This document shows, one piece after another, positions 36,450 through 46,553 of a stretch of 64,000 nt of DNA (position 1 is its first letter; every line of letters starts with the position of its first letter). The DNA is taken from the NCBI GenBank assembly GCA_965223545.1, contig OZ245006.1, positions 5,600,001-5,664,000 of the forward strand, read 5' to 3'. Below the pieces are notes generated by a model. The model was given only the letters and a program-made list of their open reading frames with translations, was not told where the DNA came from and made no database searches. Source of the DNA: Planctomycetota bacterium. Lineage in GTDB: Bacteria; Planctomycetota; UBA1135; UBA2386. A program made the translations under genes and the position numbers.

Positions 36450-39400
36450 CTACTGCGCGACCACGTGCATGACGCCGTTCATGATGCGCCAGTGACCCGG
36501 GAACGTGCAGATGTAGGGGTAGTCGCCCGGCTGCGGGGCGATGAAGTCGAGCACCGCGGTTTGGCCGAAGTTGACCAGCTTGGTGGTCCACAGCACTAGA
36601 TCGGTCTCCGGCACGAAGTGCTTGGCAAAGCCGTTGGGGTCGGCGGCCATCTCGTCGGCTTTGGCACCGATCGTCTCCAGGCTGCCGGGCTTGGCGACGA
36701 GCAGGTTGTGCGGCATCGCGTCCTTGTTCTCGAAGATGATCTTCACCGGTTTGCCGGCGACGACCGTGAACTCCTCGATGTCCCAGCGCATCACCGCCGG
36801 GACCGCGCCCATGCGGATGACCTGGAGGTCGAGGTTCTCCAGCGAGTCGAGCATTGCTGCGGCCTCTGCCGCGTCGAGCGCGCCGGCCAGAGCGCGGCCG
36901 AGCTGCACGGTGCGTGCAAAGGCCTCACCGTCGCGTTGGGCAAACGGCGTCTCCGCCGCGAGCGTCGGCAGCGCGCGCGCCAGCTCCTGTGCCGCAGGCG
37001 TCGGCCAGTCCTCGGCCGGGATCCTCAGCATCGCTTCGATCGCGACGTCGCGGTGGTCGCCATCGCGGATCAGCGCGGCAAATGTGGTGAAGCGCTCCTT
37101 CGGGTGCGCGCGCAGTTGGCCCAGCGCCGCGACCGCCAACTGCTGCAGGTCGGCACCGCGCGGCAAGAACAGCGCGTCGGCGGGGATCTCCTCCTTGCCG
37201 AAGCCCGGACCTTGCCAGGACACGCGGAGCGTGTCGCTGCCACCGTTCTCGAAATAGGTGACCAGCAAGTCGTGCGCGCCGGCGCCCAGCTCGATGCTGC
37301 CTGCCTTCTCCAAGGCGCCGTGTAGACCATCGTTGTCGACGACCAACGCGCCATCGATGTAGACGCGCGAACCGTCGTCGGAGTGACTGAAGAACGTGTA
37401 GCGGCCTGCGCCGGGGACCTGCAGGCTGGCGTGGAGCTTGACCGCGAACCGGTCCACATCACCTGGTCCGACGCGGTGGGTCAGAGTGTCGACCTCGCCG
37501 GTGGCCACCGGGGTCATCGCCGCCAGGGTCGGCAGGGCGACGTCCGGAAAGCGGTCGGCCTCGTAGTAGGAGAACGCGACACCGGGCTGGACCGACTGCT
37601 CGTCATCGGCCAACGCGGCGGGAACTTCGTGAACCAGCGCGCGCAGCGCGGGATACAAGGCGTCGCGCAGCGCGGCCTCGGGCACCAGCTCGACGCCGCG
37701 CAGCAGGGCCTCCATGCCGATGCGCGACCGTTGCGCGTTCTGCAGCGCCGCAGCCACGCTGCCGCGTGCGCGGATGCCCGCCGCGCAGGCGGCGGCGCGC
37801 ACGCCGGAAGCCGTGGCCGTGGCGGTCAGTCCGTCGATGGCCGGCAACGCCCCGCCGAGCTCGCCGGTCTCCCACTCGGCGAGCAGGCGAGCCAGGTCGG
37901 CAGTGCTCGAAGTGCCGGGCGGGGCGCTGTCGAGCAGCTCGATCAGCTCTTGCAGTGGCGAGTGGCCGCGGGCCTCGGCCAGACCTTCGAGCCCCTGGTG
38001 GCGAACGGCCACCGGGAGGCCGTCGCGCTCGAGCAGCGCGCGGTGGACCGCTTCCGTTCTCGGCATCGCCAACAGTGCGTCGTTGTCGAGCTTGTCGAGG
38101 ACGTAGCGCACCCCGGCGGGGTTGTCGCGGCAGAAGCCATCACCAGCGGCGATCGCCGCTTGCCAATGGGGCTCGAGGCCGCGCACGGTCTCGGACAGCG
38201 CGTAGCGCAAGAAGCGATCGAGGGGATGCTTGGCCGCCAACAGCGCGATCTCCGCGGCTCGGCCGGACGGCACGAAGCTGCACGTGCGCACCGCTTCGAG
38301 GCGGACGCGGGGGTGCGGGTCCTCGGCGAGCACCGCCAGTCGATCGAGGAGGTCGGGGACCGCCGCGCGCCACGCGCAGAGTACCCGAACGGCCGCGGCC
38401 CGCGCGCGGGGGTCGGGGCTCGACAGGCATCGGTCCAGCCGCGCCGTATCGACGACGTTGTGCTGCTGGTGCAGCCACAGCGCCTCCAAGTGGTGGTGCT
38501 CGTAGTCCGTCGCGTCGGCGCTCGAGCCGTCCGCCCATGCGCGCACCGCGGCGATGACGCGGTCGGTGGGGCGGGCGCTCAGCTCGATCCGCGCGCGATA
38601 GCGGACGCGGTCCTCGCGCGAGGCCAATAGCCGGACGAGGTCCTCGACCCGTGCACCGGCAATCGGTTGCACTGGCGACAGCGGCCTGTCGTTGCAGGTC
38701 ACCCGGTAGACGCGGCCGTGGCTCGCGTCGCGGCTCGGATCGCGCAGGTTGTGCTGCATGTGGCCGATGATCGGGTTCTGCCAATCGAGCACGTAGAGCG
38801 CGCCATCCGCGCCGACCTCCAGGTCGACCGGCCGGAACCGCGGATCCGCCGAGTAGAGGATCGGATCCAATTCGGTGGCGGTGAAGCCGCTGCCCTCGTC
38901 CTGGAAGCGGTATTGGAGAATGCCGCGGAAGCCGATCACGTTGCCGACCAGCCAGTTGCCTTGCAGCTCTGGCGGAAAGTGCGCGCTCGACAGGATCTCG
39001 GTCGCCGGGCACGGTCGCGTGCGCTGCTCGTAGACGCGCGGCGCGCCGCGGTGCTTCAGCGGGAACTCGAGATACGTGGAGAACGAGGCGCCGAAGTACG
39101 GTTGCGCACCCGTGCCGTCGGTGACGAAGTCCTGCCCCCACCGGTCCCAGACGTGGCCGTGCGGGTTGGCGAAACCGTAGGAGGTGTAGATCTCGAAGCG
39201 GTGGGTGCGCGGCTCGTAGCGAAACACCGCGCCGTTGGCGACGCGTTCGACTCCGGTCCATGGCGTCTCGACTTGGGTGTGGTGGAACGTGCCCTCTTGA
39301 AAGTAGAGCGCGCCACCGGGGTCCAAGCAGAAGCTGTTGGCAGTGTGGTGGGTGTCCGCCGAATCGAGGCCGTGCAGAACGCGGGTGCGGACGTCGGCGA

Positions 39401-40754
39401 CGTCGTCGCCGTCGGTGTCGGCCAAGAACCACAGGTCGGGCGCCTGCGCCACGAAGACACCGCCGTATCCGAACTCGAAGCCGGTGGGGTTGTGCAGACC
39501 GTCGGCGAACACGATGCACCGGTCGGCGACGCCGTCGCGGTCCTCGTCGGGCAGGATCAGCAGCTTGTCGTTCATCGGCGCTTTGGGCTGCCAGTGGGGA
39601 TACGTCGGCCAGGCGGCGACCCAGAGCCGGCCGGCGGGATCGACCGCGCACTGCACGGGATTCACCAACTCGGGAAACCGCTCTTCCGAGGCGAACAGCC
39701 CGACGCTCATCCCCTCGTGCACGGTCATCTGCTCGATGGCCTCTTCGCCGCCGAGGTAGGCGTGCCGCCCGTCTTCCAGCTCGCCCGGGATGTTGGTGAC
39801 CACCGGCAAGAACGGCGGCGTGGAGCTGTCGTCGACGGTGTGGTCTCCGCCGCGGGCGCGAGCCCAGATCACTCGGTCGCGCAGCGCCGTCATCGCGTCG
39901 AGCACTTCGAGCTCGCGCAGCAGGACGTCGGCGTTGGTCTGCCCATCGACGAATTCGAGCTTGCCGCGGCCGCCGAAGATCGAGTAGCCGTCCGTCGTCC
40001 GGTAGCGGTGGAACCAGTGCCAGCTCTTGTCGAGCACTGCTGCCCGCAGCGCGTCGATGTCGGCGGCGCTCTCGCCGGCCGCCGTGCCGAACAGAGCCTG
40101 CTCGATGATCTCGGCGAGCCGGTGGTTGCCGGCGCTGTTGAGATGGATGCCGTTGATCGTCATCGGCTCCGCCTGCGCCTCGTAGAGGGCGAGAGTCGGC
40201 GCGAACAAGTCGACGAAGCGCGTGTCGGCCTCGGCGGCGACCGTCCGCATCGCCTCGGTGTAGTCGCGGAGCCGGTCGTTGTTGGCCCGTCCGTCCGGCA
40301 GATTGGGATCGCCCAGGTCTTCGTGCGCGATGGGCGAGAAGAGCACGACGCGCGGCGCGGCCACTCCGTCGTAGCGCTGTTTCGCGACGTGCGCCAGCCA
40401 GTCGGCCAGCGCCTGGCGAAAGGCCGGCAGGCCGGCCGTGCCGGCAAAGGACTCGCCGAAACCGAAGAACGCGAAGACGACGCTGGCGCGTTGCCGGGTC
40501 AGGTGCTCGTCGGGCGTGCCGAAGCCGCTCGAGCGCAGGCGCGTCGTCACTTCGTCGCCGGAGAAGCCCAAGTTGCGGATGACCAGCTGGTGGTTGGGGT
40601 GGCGGGCGTGCAGGCGCGTCTCCAGCCAACCGTCGTGCTGAAAGCGTTCCGCGGTGGTGTTGCCGACCAGGCAGATGCGATCGTCGGGCTGGAGCTGCAG
40701 AGGCCCTTGCGGGACGGTCGCCTGGAGAAGCAGAGTCAGGGCGAGAGTGTGCAT
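36450..40754 (-). CDS. PVC-type multidomain dehydrogenase-like protein: SGNH-like + beta-propeller + HEAT + PA14 + azurin-like cupredoxin
   Basis: NLGFSGD/NGIHLN; LFASEERFPELVNP, FRPVDLEVGADGALYVLDW, HGRVYRV; HEAT (EDPHPRVRLEAV); PA14 SDDGSRVYIDG..VVDNDGLH; MPHNL...CTFPGHWRIM. Confidence 0.88.
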   Translation of the reverse strand: MHTLALTLLLQATVPQGPLQLQPDDRICLVGNTTAERFQHDGWLETRLHARHPNHQLVIRNLGFSGDEVTTRLRSSGFGTPDEHLTRQRASVVFAFFGFGESFAGTAGLPAFRQALADWLAHVAKQRYDGVAAPRVVLFSPIAHEDLGDPNLPDGRANNDRLRDYTEAMRTVAAEADTRFVDLFAPTLALYEAQAEPMTINGIHLNSAGNHRLAEIIEQALFGTAAGESAADIDALRAAVLDKSWHWFHRYRTTDGYSIFGGRGKLEFVDGQTNADVLLRELEVLDAMTALRDRVIWARARGGDHTVDDSSTPPFLPVVTNIPGELEDGRHAYLGGEEAIEQMTVHEGMSVGLFASEERFPELVNPVQCAVDPAGRLWVAAWPTYPHWQPKAPMNDKLLILPDEDRDGVADRCIVFADGLHNPTGFEFGYGGVFVAQAPDLWFLADTDGDDVADVRTRVLHGLDSADTHHTANSFCLDPGGALYFQEGTFHHTQVETPWTGVERVANGAVFRYEPRTHRFEIYTSYGFANPHGHVWDRWGQDFVTDGTGAQPYFGASFSTYLEFPLKHRGAPRVYEQRTRPCPATEILSSAHFPPELQGNWLVGNVIGFRGILQYRFQDEGSGFTATELDPILYSADPRFRPVDLEVGADGALYVLDWQNPIIGHMQHNLRDPSRDASHGRVYRVTCNDRPLSPVQPIAGARVEDLVRLLASREDRVRYRARIELSARPTDRVIAAVRAWADGSSADATDYEHHHLEALWLHQQHNVVDTARLDRCLSSPDPRARAAAVRVLCAWRAAVPDLLDRLAVLAEDPHPRVRLEAVRTCSFVPSGRAAEIALLAAKHPLDRFLRYALSETVRGLEPHWQAAIAAGDGFCRDNPAGVRYVLDKLDNDALLAMPRTEAVHRALLERDGLPVAVRHQGLEGLAEARGHSPLQELIELLDSAPPGTSSTADLARLLAEWETGELGGALPAIDGLTATATASGVRAAACAAGIRARGSVAAALQNAQRSRIGMEALLRGVELVPEAALRDALYPALRALVHEVPAALADDEQSVQPGVAFSYYEADRFPDVALPTLAAMTPVATGEVDTLTHRVGPGDVDRFAVKLHASLQVPGAGRYTFFSHSDDGSRVYIDGALVVDNDGLHGALEKAGSIELGAGAHDLLVTYFENGGSDTLRVSWQGPGFGKEEIPADALFLPRGADLQQLAVAALGQLRAHPKERFTTFAALIRDGDHRDVAIEAMLRIPAEDWPTPAAQELARALPTLAAETPFAQRDGEAFARTVQLGRALAGALDAAEAAAMLDSLENLDLQVIRMGAVPAVMRWDIEEFTVVAGKPVKIIFENKDAMPHNLLVAKPGSLETIGAKADEMAADPNGFAKHFVPETDLVLWTTKLVNFGQTAVLDFIAPQPGDYPYICTFPGHWRIMNGVMHVVAQ

Positions 40755-40882
40755 GGGAGGCTTCGATCCGGGGCTGCGAGGACAGGGTCGCCGGCGAGGG
40801 CCGGGGACCGAGGGGCGGCGTCGAGGAACTTATCTGCGCCGGGCCCTTGCCTGCACCGCCGACGCGCTGAAAAACTGCGGGC

Positions 40883-42313
40883 TTGCGCGAGTTGGATGCG
40901 GAGTGGTTTCGCCGGCACGCACACGCGGCCGTCGACTGGATCGCCGATTACTTCGAGGGCATCGAGGAGCTGCCCGTGCGGGCGGCCGTACGCCCGGGTG
41001 AGGTCGCCGGCCAACTGCCCGATCGGCCGCCCGGGCAGGGCGAAGACATGGCGGCGATCTTTGCCGACTTCGAGCGGATCGTGTTGCCGGGGATGACCCA
41101 CTGGCAGCACCCGTCGTTCTTCGCCTACTTCCCCGCCAACGCGAGTCCACCGTCGGTGCTCGCCGAGCTGCTCACCGCTGCGCTGGGCGCGCAGTGCATG
41201 CTCTGGCAGACGTCGCCGGCCGCCAGCGAGCTGGAGGATCGCGTGCTGGAGTGGCTCCGGCAGATGCTCGATCTGCCCGGTGGAATGCGCGGCGTGATCC
41301 AGGACTCGGCCAGCAGCGCGACTCTCGTGGCGTTGCTGAGTGCGCGCGAACGCGCCACTGGCGGTCGCGGCAACCGGGACGGCCTCGCGGTGCTCGGTGG
41401 CGAGGGTGCCCGCCTGGCAGTCTACTGTTCTGCCGAGGCGCACTCGTCGGTGGAGAAGGCGGCGCGTGTTGCGGGTTTTGGCAGCGGCGCGCTGCGGCGG
41501 GTCGACACCGATGACGGGTTCGCCATGCGCGCCGACCGGCTTGCCGCCGAGATCGCCGCCGACCGCGCGGCCGGGGTGACCCCGGTGTGCGTGGTGGCGA
41601 CCCTGGGTGCGACCAGCACCGGCGCGCACGACCCGCTGGCCGCGATCGCCGAGGTTTGTCAGGTGCATGGGGTCTGGCTGCACGTCGACGCGGCGTGGGC
41701 GGGGAGCGCGCTGTTGTTGCCGGAGGAGCGCGGAATCGCCGCCGGTGTCGCCGGCGTCGATTCGTTCGTCTTCAACCCGCACAAGTGGCTGCTGACCAAC
41801 TTCGATTGCTCGGCGTACTTCGTGCGCGATCCCGCCGCGTTGGAGCGGGCGCTCGCCCTCGTGCCGGCCTATCTGGAGACGCCCGGTGCAAAGGTCACCG
41901 ACTACCAGAACTGGAGCGTGCCGCTCGGCCGTCGGTTTCGGGCGTTGAAGCTCTGGTTCGTGATCCGCAGCTACGGCGTCGACGGCTTGCGCGCGATCCT
42001 GCGGCGACACATCGAGTGGGCGCGCGAGCTCGAGCGCGACATCGCCGCGCATCCCGACTTCGAGCTGGTGGCGCCGCGCTCGCTCGCACTCCTGGTGTTC
42101 CGCTACGTATCTCCGGGCAAGTCGGTGCCCGCGATCGACGCGCAGAACGCCGCGCTGGTCGAGCGCATCAACGATGGCGGTGCCGCGTACCTGACCGCGA
42201 CGCGCGTGCGCGGCCGGATCGCGATTCGCCTTGCCATTGGTCAATTGCGCACGACGCGCGCGCACGTGCGCGCTGCATGGCATGCGCTCTGCGCCGCTGC
42301 GGAATCCGGGTAG
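40883..42313 (+). CDS. PLP-dependent aromatic-L-amino-acid decarboxylase (group II)
   Basis: PGMTHWQHPSFFAYFP, SPAASELE, AHSSVEKA, WLHVDAAWAG, FNPHKW (PLP Lys), LGRRFRALKLWFV; TTG start uncertain. Confidence 0.95.
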   Translation: MRELDAEWFRRHAHAAVDWIADYFEGIEELPVRAAVRPGEVAGQLPDRPPGQGEDMAAIFADFERIVLPGMTHWQHPSFFAYFPANASPPSVLAELLTAALGAQCMLWQTSPAASELEDRVLEWLRQMLDLPGGMRGVIQDSASSATLVALLSARERATGGRGNRDGLAVLGGEGARLAVYCSAEAHSSVEKAARVAGFGSGALRRVDTDDGFAMRADRLAAEIAADRAAGVTPVCVVATLGATSTGAHDPLAAIAEVCQVHGVWLHVDAAWAGSALLLPEERGIAAGVAGVDSFVFNPHKWLLTNFDCSAYFVRDPAALERALALVPAYLETPGAKVTDYQNWSVPLGRRFRALKLWFVIRSYGVDGLRAILRRHIEWARELERDIAAHPDFELVAPRSLALLVFRYVSPGKSVPAIDAQNAALVERINDGGAAYLTATRVRGRIAIRLAIGQLRTTRAHVRAAWHALCAAAESG

Positions 42314-42441
42314 TTCCGTAAGCGTGTGCGTGCCTCGGACGGGGCGTGTCTCGAACACCGACAGGCCGGGGGACGACAGCGGTAAGGTACGGCGCTTGTT
42401 CTGGCTGCGGGTTCCCGGCTTCACCAGAACTTCACCTCACC

Positions 42442-44754
42442 TTGTCTCACCTCCCCCTCGTGCTCCGCAGCCCATCGGGACGCTCCCGGTCGGCGGTCGC
42501 CGGTTTGGCGATTGCCGCGGTGCTGGCGTGCGCCGGCTGCTCGCGGCCGCGTTGGGACGTCGCCGGCGTGCTGCCGCCGACCCCCCTGCCGCCGCCGCCG
42601 GCTGCGGTCGAGCAGCCGGGGTTGATCGCGCTCGGTGCAGGAGACGGCGAGCTGGTGGCGCATTGGACGGGGGCGAGCTCGGGACTCGATCTCGCGCTGT
42701 TCGCGGCGGACGACCTCGCGGCGGTCTATGCCGGCGCTCCGGCGGCGACCAACCTCGTGGGGGATCGCCAGCGGCTGACGGGCTTCACCAACGGCGCCGA
42801 CGTGTACTGCGGACTCGCGGTCCGCGCGCCGGGCGGCGGCTACGTGCCGGTGGGCGTCGTGTTGACCGCGCGGCCCGGCGCCCCGGTCTACGTCGATGCC
42901 GCGGCGTCGGCTGCCGTGGCCGATGGCCTGTCGCCGGCGACTGCGTTCCCCGACTTGATCGCCGCCGTTGCGGTCGCGCTCGGTCGCGGCGGTGCGAACG
43001 TCTGGGTGCGCGACGGTCAGTACCCGGTGCAGACCCAACTGCTGACCAGTGGTGTCCACGTGTACGGTGGCTTCGGTGCCGGTTTCGATCTCGGTGCGCG
43101 GCGTCCCGGCGCTGGCGACACAATCGCCACCGGGCAGGTCGGTCCGGCGATGTTCTTCGTCGCGGGGGGCACGGCAGCGGCGAGCCCGGCGGTGCTGGAC
43201 GGCTTTGCCGTCGACGGCTTGGGCGCCGTCAACGTCGGCGTCGACACCGACGGCACGCCGCTCGAGCTGCGCAGCGTGACGTTGAGCCGATGCCTCGACC
43301 GCGGCGTGCGCGTGCGTGCCGGCGACGACGTCGCGGCGCATCTGATCGTGGCCGGCTGTGTGGTCACTGGCAACGGTGCCGATGGCATGTCCGGCAGCGG
43401 CGCCTTGGCGCTGCGCGTGTTCGCCAGTGATTTCAGCGCCAACGTCCAGGAGGGTCTCGATCTCGATGACTTGGTGGCGCCCGCGACGGGCCTCGCCGTG
43501 CTCGAGGTCATTGCCAGCCGGTTCGCCCGCAACGGGGCCGAGGGCTTGGATGCCGATCTCTCCGCGCCGCCGGTGCCGGTGCCGGCGGGGGGTGGCTTCG
43601 CCGTCGCCGTGCGCGGCGCGCGCTTCGAGGACAACGCCGGCGACGGCTGTCTCATCGATCTCGAGTTCGAGGGCGTGCCCGGGCTGCGGGCCGACGTCCA
43701 CGTCGAGGGGACCGTGCACCGCGCCAACGGCGGCGATGGCCTGGCGCTCGACGTCGATGCTGCCGGTTCGTTCTTCGTCCACCGCGTCTTGGCCACGGCG
43801 AATCGCGGCGACGGGGTGCGCCTGAGCTCGGAGATCGAGCCCGGCCTGTTGTTGATCTCCTCGTCGGTCCTCGCCGGCAATCTGGGGGCGGGCGTACGCG
43901 CCACCGTCGGCAACGTCGCCTTCGCCGCCAGTCACTGTCTCGTCGCCGGCAACGGCGACGGGGGTTTGCGCAGCGACACTGTGGTTTCTTCGGCGGCCTC
44001 GACCTTGTTCTGGTTGCAGCCCGACGCGTCGGTTGGCGTCGAATCGCGTGCGGCTTTTGCCGGCGACGACCCCAACGAGACCGTGTTGGCGCACGCGCCG
44101 CTCGCCTACGGGGTCGTGGGCGCCGTCAACGGGGCGGTTTTGACGGCGGCGACCTCGTTCGGTGCGGCTGCCGGTGACGTGCTCGAGCTCTCCGACGACG
44201 GAGTTGCGCGCGCCGTGCTCGCGGCCTCCGGGTCGACGGTGACGTTGTCGAGCGGCCCGGGTGGGATCGCGGTGCCAGTCGCCGTTGCGCGGTTCGACGC
44301 CGGCCAAGGTGTCGAAGAAGACTATCGTCTGGCGGTGGGGTCTCCGGCTGCAGGCGCCGGCATGGCGGTACCTGGAGCGACGCCCGTCGATCCGGGGCCG
44401 TTCGGTGGCGCGGCCGGCGGGCTCGCGGGCTCCGTCGATCCGCTGCGCCCGGAGTTGCTTCGGCTCCGAACCATCGACCCACCGTTGTCGCTCGGCACGC
44501 CGCGCGGGCAGCCGCTGAACTTGACGTTCTCGGCTGCGCTGGCCTCGCCGCCAGTCGGCTCGGTGCGTGCCGTGGATGCCGCCGGCGTCGAGCTGCCGTT
44601 GGACCTCGACGTCGACGGCGCCGAGTTGCGCGCCACGCCGCGCGGTGGCGATTGGGGCGACCGGCCGCTGACACTCGAAATGCATTCCTCTCTGTCGGCG
44701 GCAGCCGGTCCCTCGTTGACCGTGCCCGTCGCTCTCTCTGTTCAACCCCGCTGA
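42442..44754 (+). CDS. Putative lipoprotein with parallel beta-helix repeats and C-terminal Ig-like domain
   Basis: Lipobox LACAGC; VYVDA...DGLSPATAF, VYGGF, repeated N..DG/EG units, DYRL..GSPA; start uncertain. Confidence 0.7.
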   Translation: MSHLPLVLRSPSGRSRSAVAGLAIAAVLACAGCSRPRWDVAGVLPPTPLPPPPAAVEQPGLIALGAGDGELVAHWTGASSGLDLALFAADDLAAVYAGAPAATNLVGDRQRLTGFTNGADVYCGLAVRAPGGGYVPVGVVLTARPGAPVYVDAAASAAVADGLSPATAFPDLIAAVAVALGRGGANVWVRDGQYPVQTQLLTSGVHVYGGFGAGFDLGARRPGAGDTIATGQVGPAMFFVAGGTAAASPAVLDGFAVDGLGAVNVGVDTDGTPLELRSVTLSRCLDRGVRVRAGDDVAAHLIVAGCVVTGNGADGMSGSGALALRVFASDFSANVQEGLDLDDLVAPATGLAVLEVIASRFARNGAEGLDADLSAPPVPVPAGGGFAVAVRGARFEDNAGDGCLIDLEFEGVPGLRADVHVEGTVHRANGGDGLALDVDAAGSFFVHRVLATANRGDGVRLSSEIEPGLLLISSSVLAGNLGAGVRATVGNVAFAASHCLVAGNGDGGLRSDTVVSSAASTLFWLQPDASVGVESRAAFAGDDPNETVLAHAPLAYGVVGAVNGAVLTAATSFGAAAGDVLELSDDGVARAVLAASGSTVTLSSGPGGIAVPVAVARFDAGQGVEEDYRLAVGSPAAGAGMAVPGATPVDPGPFGGAAGGLAGSVDPLRPELLRLRTIDPPLSLGTPRGQPLNLTFSAALASPPVGSVRAVDAAGVELPLDLDVDGAELRATPRGGDWGDRPLTLEMHSSLSAAAGPSLTVPVALSVQPR

Positions 44755-44779
44755 AACATCTGTCGGAGCTTTGCTGAAG

Positions 44780-46498
44780 ATGCACTCATTCATTCGTCAT
44801 GCTGCTGGCACCGCGCTCGCGATCGCGGCGTGCGCCGCGATCGCGCGGGCCGGAGTGGTTTCCGGCCAGGTCGTCGACAACAACGGTGCCGGCGTGGTCG
44901 GCGCCACTGTCGATTTCGAGGGTGACTCCGTGGTCACCGGCACGGGCGGCTTCTTCGTCATCTCGATCAACGACGGCACCTACGACATGACAGTCGAGCC
45001 GCCGACCACCGCGCTGGCCCCGTTGCGGCAGCGCAACCTCCGCCTGGTCGGCACCGTCAACCTCGGCGTGATCCGGTTGGTGCGCGGTTTCGTGGTCTCG
45101 GGCCAGGTGCGCAATCAGGGCGGGCTGCCGGTCGTCGGTGGCAACATCGACATGATCGATCAGGCGACCGGCGAAGAGCTGTTCACGCCGAAGGATGGCG
45201 TGACCGCCACCGGCACGTTCTCGGTCGTTGTCCCGCGCGGCTTGTTTCGCGTCGAGGCCAAGCCGCCGGCGACCGCGGTGCTGGTCGCGCAGGCGATCGA
45301 CAACGTCGTGGTCAACAGTGCGGTTGGCGTCGGCACCATCGTGCTGCCGCCCGGCGTGCGCATGACCGGCACTGTCGTCGATGGTGGCACCAACGTCCCG
45401 ATCGCCAACGTCGATCTGGACGTCATCGACGCGGTGTTCGGGCGCGAGCTGGTGACCCCGCGCGACAACACCAACGCGCTGGGCCAGTTCTCGGTCGTCG
45501 TGCCGGTGAGTGGACTCTTGCACGTCCGCTTCGATCCGCCAGCGGGTGGCGCGGTGCAGGGGCTCGAGCGCTTCAACGTTGCCGTCAGCGGGCCGTTGTC
45601 GTTGGGCACCGTCCGTCTACCGCGCGGCTTTGCGCTCACCGGGCGCGTGCTGGACACCAGTGGTCAGCCGGTCGCGGGGGCAGACATCGACGTCGACACC
45701 GCCGCGGCGGGCATCCGCGTGTTCACGCCTCACGACAACACCGACGCCACCGGCAGGTTCCGCGTGCTGGTTCCGGCGGGCAACTACACCGTGAGCGTCG
45801 AGCCGCCGGTCAGCAGCGGCTTGGTCGGGGCGCGCAGTGCAGCGCTCAGCGTCAGCGCGGCCACCGCGGTGCCGTTGTTCAGCTTGCCCGCCGGCTCGCT
45901 CGTGCAGGGCACGATCACCGGACCGAGCGGTGGCCCCGAGGCCAACGTCGACATCGACGTGTTCGATCCAGCGACCGGCGTCGAGCTGGTCACCTCGGGC
46001 GACAGCACCGACTTCTTCGGCCGCTACGCGATGGTCTTGCCGAACGGCACTTGGGACGTCGGCGTGCAGACCGCGAAGGCGCGCCTGACGCGCTCAGCCG
46101 TCCTGCCAGCGGTCGCGGTCGCCGGACCGCGGACGCTGGACGTGTCGCTGGGTCGAGTGCCGGTCGGCGTGTTCCTCGGCACCAACGGCAAGCCGACGGT
46201 GGGCTCGGGCAACCCCGTGCCGATCACTCTGGCCTTGGCCTCCACTTCGGCGCAGACCGTGTCGACCGTGCTCAGCCTCTCGATGCATCAGCCGAACGGC
46301 AACTCGGTGGCCTTGATTCCGCCGTCGCCGTTCCCGGTGGCCGCCGGCACCGTGCTGGTCGCCGTCAACGTGCCGCTCGGGTTGCCGCCGGTGTTGCCGA
46401 GTCTGCTCGGCATGGAGTTCTCGCTCGAGCTGCGTCTCGACGAGCCCATCACCGGTGCCGAGATCGATCGCGACGAGTTCTCGTTCTTCATCCAGTAG
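44780..46498 (+). CDS. Secreted protein with about five carboxypeptidase-regulatory-like Ig repeats
   Basis: Repeated G.V....G.P+.G.+ID+.D...G.E+.TP.D.T...G.F.V.VP.G units. Confidence 0.82.
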   Translation: MHSFIRHAAGTALAIAACAAIARAGVVSGQVVDNNGAGVVGATVDFEGDSVVTGTGGFFVISINDGTYDMTVEPPTTALAPLRQRNLRLVGTVNLGVIRLVRGFVVSGQVRNQGGLPVVGGNIDMIDQATGEELFTPKDGVTATGTFSVVVPRGLFRVEAKPPATAVLVAQAIDNVVVNSAVGVGTIVLPPGVRMTGTVVDGGTNVPIANVDLDVIDAVFGRELVTPRDNTNALGQFSVVVPVSGLLHVRFDPPAGGAVQGLERFNVAVSGPLSLGTVRLPRGFALTGRVLDTSGQPVAGADIDVDTAAAGIRVFTPHDNTDATGRFRVLVPAGNYTVSVEPPVSSGLVGARSAALSVSAATAVPLFSLPAGSLVQGTITGPSGGPEANVDIDVFDPATGVELVTSGDSTDFFGRYAMVLPNGTWDVGVQTAKARLTRSAVLPAVAVAGPRTLDVSLGRVPVGVFLGTNGKPTVGSGNPVPITLALASTSAQTVSTVLSLSMHQPNGNSVALIPPSPFPVAAGTVLVAVNVPLGLPPVLPSLLGMEFSLELRLDEPITGAEIDRDEFSFFIQ

Positions 46499-46553
46499 CG
46501 CGTCGCATCGCCTGGCTTCGCCCGCACCAGACCCGTTCTACACCGGTTCCGAC

